DNA of 58,977 bases, taken from IMG/VR virus record IMGVR_UViG_3300025413_000008; one strand, written 5' to 3'. Below, piece by piece: positions 55,902-58,977 of this stretch (position 1 is its first letter; every line of letters starts with the position of its first letter). The notes under the pieces were generated by a model, which saw nothing but the letters and a program-made list of their open reading frames with translations, was not told where the DNA came from and made no database searches. Origin of the DNA: a virus (lineage: Duplodnaviria; Heunggongvirae; Uroviricota; Caudoviricetes). The position numbers and the translations under genes are program-made.

Positions 55902-57114
55902 TATAAGCCAATCCCGGAAACCAGACATCACGAATGGCTTCATACTTTGTCGTGCGACCAAGGTTGTTGCGGATCGTGTTACGCACCGTGTTGTAGACCT
56001 TGGTCCTGTCACCCCAACAAGTAAAAACCGTGGCACGATCATACTGGTTGAAATTAGGTGCAACTTGAAGAGCAAAAGTTTTGCGGTCCATATTCTCTTC
56101 CGCAATCCTCGTCAGGATGTCTTGAATAGAGAGACAAGTAGACGCAACTTCGACATTAAAGTCATGCTCAAAGTGCGACAGACGATCACGATCCTCTGCA
56201 GGCAAATGAGCCTTGATGTCATCCAGCTTCTCGTCCAGAATGCATTCAACAATGTTGCGATCCTGTAGAATAGCTTCCTTCGCCTTGTGAATCTGGAGAT
56301 ACCAATGGCACTTCAACTTCAACATATGCCCATCATCAAAACGAACCACGAACCCTTCAAGGTCTTCCAGATCACGAACGTATTCAAGGAAAGCCTTCAT
56401 GTCAGTCTGCGGTTCGAATGCACGAACGACAGGGACAATACCAACACGAGCAAAAGCTTCAAGCATATCACGACTGGCATAAGTACCCTTCGTATTATGG
56501 CGAACAGCAGTCAGTATCAGTTGGTCTTCAGAACCATAATCCAGAACGATACGCTGCTTACGCGAACACCATTCAAAGATAGGGGTAAGTCCTCCGGCAA
56601 TCATGTCAGTTGCAAACTCAATATACTGCGGATTGTTCTTCACAAACTCCTCAACAGGCTTTGCCACATCGGTAGCACCCATCTTCGTGCCCCAGATCAT
56701 CTGACCATTCACAATGAACGGTGCAATCATCGAACCATCCAGCTTCTCAAGGATAGCATGAGGGCGCGACAGATCAATGACATGATCCTGAGTCTCTTCA
56801 CGCTCATTCACATTGAAGAACTTATGGAACGGGCGACGAATGATATCACCAGTTTCAGTATCAAAGATGATACCACGACACTCACGGCGAATCTTGGCAT
56901 CATCATCCAAAGTGAAATAGTCTTTCCAATCTTCAGGGGGGCGACTAGCTTTTTGCCACGTGTGGTGTTCGGTCTTCCCAAAGGTGTCATCCATCATCAC
57001 GTTGTAGTTGATGACGGTATAGCCTTCCTTCTGAGCCACAACGAACTCATCGCGACCTTCAATAGCAGGCAGCACATCAGAAATGTTTTTAATAACTGGG
57101 AAGGTATAATCCAT
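55894..57114 (-). CDS. rnlA: RNA ligase 1 (T4 RnlA-like)
   Basis: RECRGIIFD, RPFHKFFNVNE, EKLDGS, FEWCS...RIV, EGFVV, KLKCHWY..IH. Confidence 0.9.
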   Translation of the reverse strand: MDYTFPVIKNISDVLPAIEGRDEFVVAQKEGYTVINYNVMMDDTFGKTEHHTWQKASRPPEDWKDYFTLDDDAKIRRECRGIIFDTETGDIIRRPFHKFFNVNEREETQDHVIDLSRPHAILEKLDGSMIAPFIVNGQMIWGTKMGATDVAKPVEEFVKNNPQYIEFATDMIAGGLTPIFEWCSRKQRIVLDYGSEDQLILTAVRHNTKGTYASRDMLEAFARVGIVPVVRAFEPQTDMKAFLEYVRDLEDLEGFVVRFDDGHMLKLKCHWYLQIHKAKEAILQDRNIVECILDEKLDDIKAHLPAEDRDRLSHFEHDFNVEVASTCLSIQDILTRIAEENMDRKTFALQVAPNFNQYDRATVFTCWGDRTKVYNTVRNTIRNNLGRTTKYEAIRDVWFPGLAYND

Positions 57115-57162
57115 GGCGTATCTCCTGTTTCACTGTCAGTGTTATTGTAAAAGTGTTATAGT

Positions 57163-57447
57163 TTATCCAACCACGCTATCGATGATGCGAACCAAATCTT
57201 CGGCATACACATCTTCAATCTGCTTGATCATGTTGATATCATAGTTGCGAATCTTGAAGAAGTCAAGATCATAAAGGTCGGTGCCTTCATTATACTTGAC
57301 ATACACATAGCCCTTCCACTTGACCATGCCAGAAGTCTTGAACTTGAGACCATTGCCCATGTTCACATAATCTTTTGCACCCCAAGCCCACGTGGCGCGA
57401 GGATCAATCGTCTTGATCTGCGAAAGAATGGTTTGTGCAATGCTCAT
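57163..57447 (-). CDS. Hypothetical early protein
   Basis: MSIAQTILSQI...DLYDLDF; GGAG RBS, promoter at 57479-57507. Confidence 0.7.
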   Translation of the reverse strand: MSIAQTILSQIKTIDPRATWAWGAKDYVNMGNGLKFKTSGMVKWKGYVYVKYNEGTDLYDLDFFKIRNYDINMIKQIEDVYAEDLVRIIDSVVG

Positions 57448-57521
57448 GTCAAACTCCGTTTTCTCAGTGTGTGTGTTTGATATACGCACCGGAAGAAAGG
57501 ATGTCAACATGTTTTTTCAGA

Positions 57522-58280
57522 TTATTTAAATTCCCACTTCCATGGTGGAACGGAGTAGTAATTTAACTGATCTTTAAACCTCGGTGTAAATTTAGCATTC
57601 ACAACGATTGGTGTAGATTGAATGCGAGTTTCCCAAAGAGATAGCAGCGGATTATAATTATCAATTTCAATCATAACCCGATTGTCATCTTCGTCATAAA
57701 ACCAATACTCATATGTCTGCTTTTTTCTTTGGGTGGCATTTAATCTGGTAATATACGTAAGTGTTTTTTGATTGGTATCATTGTTTACCAGCGGCTTTAT
57801 TTCACTTCCGAAAACTCTAATAAGACTCATATCGTATTCATAGAAATATGGAAGTTTGTATGCTATACCACACTGATTGTCTTTGTATAAATTGTCAGAA
57901 ACGGCCAAGAATTTATTAAGATTTTCTCTATACACACTAATCTTATCGCTGCGTAATATTATCCACATTAATTTCTGAGTATAATGCTCACGGATGCGGC
58001 GGGCGAGTTCGCGATCATCAGTTGTAATATACGGAGAAATAATATTCTCATCTTCACTAATTGATAGTAAATGAACCGGTTTGCGACACGTATTGAGTTC
58101 ATGGTTCGTTGGATCATTTGATAAAATCTCACGAATACGCTTAATCGTGCAAGCAAGGACAATCGGGTCCTCTTTTATAAATGAAGATGTATAAACCACA
58201 TCAGAAAATGTGTGGGATTGGTGTATTAATGGATTATTAAGCCAATTAAAGGTATTCTTTTGAGTAGTATTAACTGTCAT
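57522..58280 (-). CDS. Hypothetical protein
   Basis: 252 aa, GIAYKLPYFYEYD. Confidence 0.7.
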   Translation of the reverse strand: MTVNTTQKNTFNWLNNPLIHQSHTFSDVVYTSSFIKEDPIVLACTIKRIREILSNDPTNHELNTCRKPVHLLSISEDENIISPYITTDDRELARRIREHYTQKLMWIILRSDKISVYRENLNKFLAVSDNLYKDNQCGIAYKLPYFYEYDMSLIRVFGSEIKPLVNNDTNQKTLTYITRLNATQRKKQTYEYWFYDEDDNRVMIEIDNYNPLLSLWETRIQSTPIVVNAKFTPRFKDQLNYYSVPPWKWEFK

Positions 58281-58323
58281 GTTCTTAATGTATCTTAGTT
58301 AGAGGTGAAATACAAGGGTAAAA

Positions 58324-58782
58324 TTACCCGATTGAAATATCTTCCATTCCTGCCGTGCGGAGGCGAACGATGTGGCCCATTTGCCATTGCTTGGCTTCAA
58401 GCCCCTTGATAATGCCAGTCCACGTATTGCGAAGCAATGCTACTTCATTCATAAGAACTTCATAATCAATAACTTCATCTTCACCTTCCGCATACTTTTG
58501 AGCATCCTTTGGCTGAAGTGCACGATTGTAGTTTTCAAGATACTTCTTGAAATGTGTGTGTTTTATTTTACGAAGCCTAATATTCATGAAGTTAAGCACT
58601 GCTTCAATTTCTTGAAGTTGATTGAAGCGGTATTCTGTTATTCCGGGCAGTGAGGCAATGTTTTTTTCAACATTTCCGTATATCTTTACCTCACGTTTTG
58701 CTTGCAGTAATTCATTTTCATAATATGCAATAAAATCAGGAAGATGACTTAAGTCCGAAGTAACTTTACTATACCAATTCAT
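58324..58782 (-). CDS. uvsY: Recombination mediator UvsY-like
   Basis: Helical 152 aa; KKYLENY...DAQKYAEGEDEV...IIKGLEAKQWQMGHIVRLRTAG. Confidence 0.75.
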   Translation of the reverse strand: MNWYSKVTSDLSHLPDFIAYYENELLQAKREVKIYGNVEKNIASLPGITEYRFNQLQEIEAVLNFMNIRLRKIKHTHFKKYLENYNRALQPKDAQKYAEGEDEVIDYEVLMNEVALLRNTWTGIIKGLEAKQWQMGHIVRLRTAGMEDISIG

Positions 58783-58977
58783 TATCCATAATCCTCGTCT
58801 TCATCTTCCTCAAAATAATCATCAAATAGGTCATCAATCTCTTCATGATATAGTCCATCATCCGGAGATTCTAAAAAAAACTCCAATGCGTCTTTAATGT
58901 CTTTATCACCACGGAAAGTATGTTTAATTTCAGCAGGAGAAAAGTCTTCTTCAATAAGATAGTTAACTAAAGTTTCT
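58782..58977 (-). CDS. Acidic-tailed hypothetical protein (partial)
   Basis: Open frame from the window end to TAA at 58782, ending DDYFEEDEDEDYG. Confidence 0.55.
   Translation of the reverse strand, partial: ETLVNYLIEEDFSPAEIKHTFRGDKDIKDALEFFLESPDDGLYHEEIDDLFDDYFEEDEDEDYG

Noticed and set aside
56287-57150. 287-aa plus-strand ORF, and the many other antisense ORFs over fibre, sheath and ATPase genes (e.g. 31222..31875, 53515..54039)
   Set aside because: They are shadow frames opposite well-supported genes, with no RBS, promoter or motifs, and are explained by codon bias.
1-58977. Stop-codon reassignment (alternative genetic code)
   Set aside because: Conserved genes are full length and densely packed under code 11, and TAA, TAG and TGA all terminate genes.

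Overview
This window is 59 kb of an AT-rich, large T4-like myovirus genome in the standard genetic code, with almost all genes on the minus strand. It holds virion genes: two long Asn/Thr/Gly-rich fibre genes, a 1255-aa tail sheath, tail tube, gp4 head-completion nuclease, gp13/gp14/gp15-like neck proteins and putative internal head proteins. Replication and recombination genes include a DnaB/gp41-like helicase, primase, UvsW, UvsY, a gp62-like subunit, PD-(D/E)xK and DEDD exonucleases and a 195-aa miniature family-C polymerase. Auxiliary genes include dNMP kinase, a MazG-like enzyme, NUDIX, peptide deformylase, RNA ligase 1 and a PNK-like kinase. Two promoter classes can be read directly: sigma70-like TTGACA-N16/17-TATA(A/G)(T/G) and T4-late-like (A/C/T)TAAATA; many sit only 5-7 nt from the ATG, suggesting leaderless mRNAs. 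Highlights: (1) a GIY-YIG endonuclease cassette apparently inserted into the helicase 5' end, leaving the old N-terminus orphaned while the helicase uses a new promoter and replacement N-terminus; (2) a mini-DnaE coupled to an exonuclease; (3) two late genes that appear to start at ATT; (4) an array of small proteins sharing a C-terminal FxLxW motif; (5) structured leaders and RBS-masking hairpins. I saw no tRNA, rRNA, CRISPR array or reverse transcriptase. All family calls come from motif recognition by eye, not database searches.
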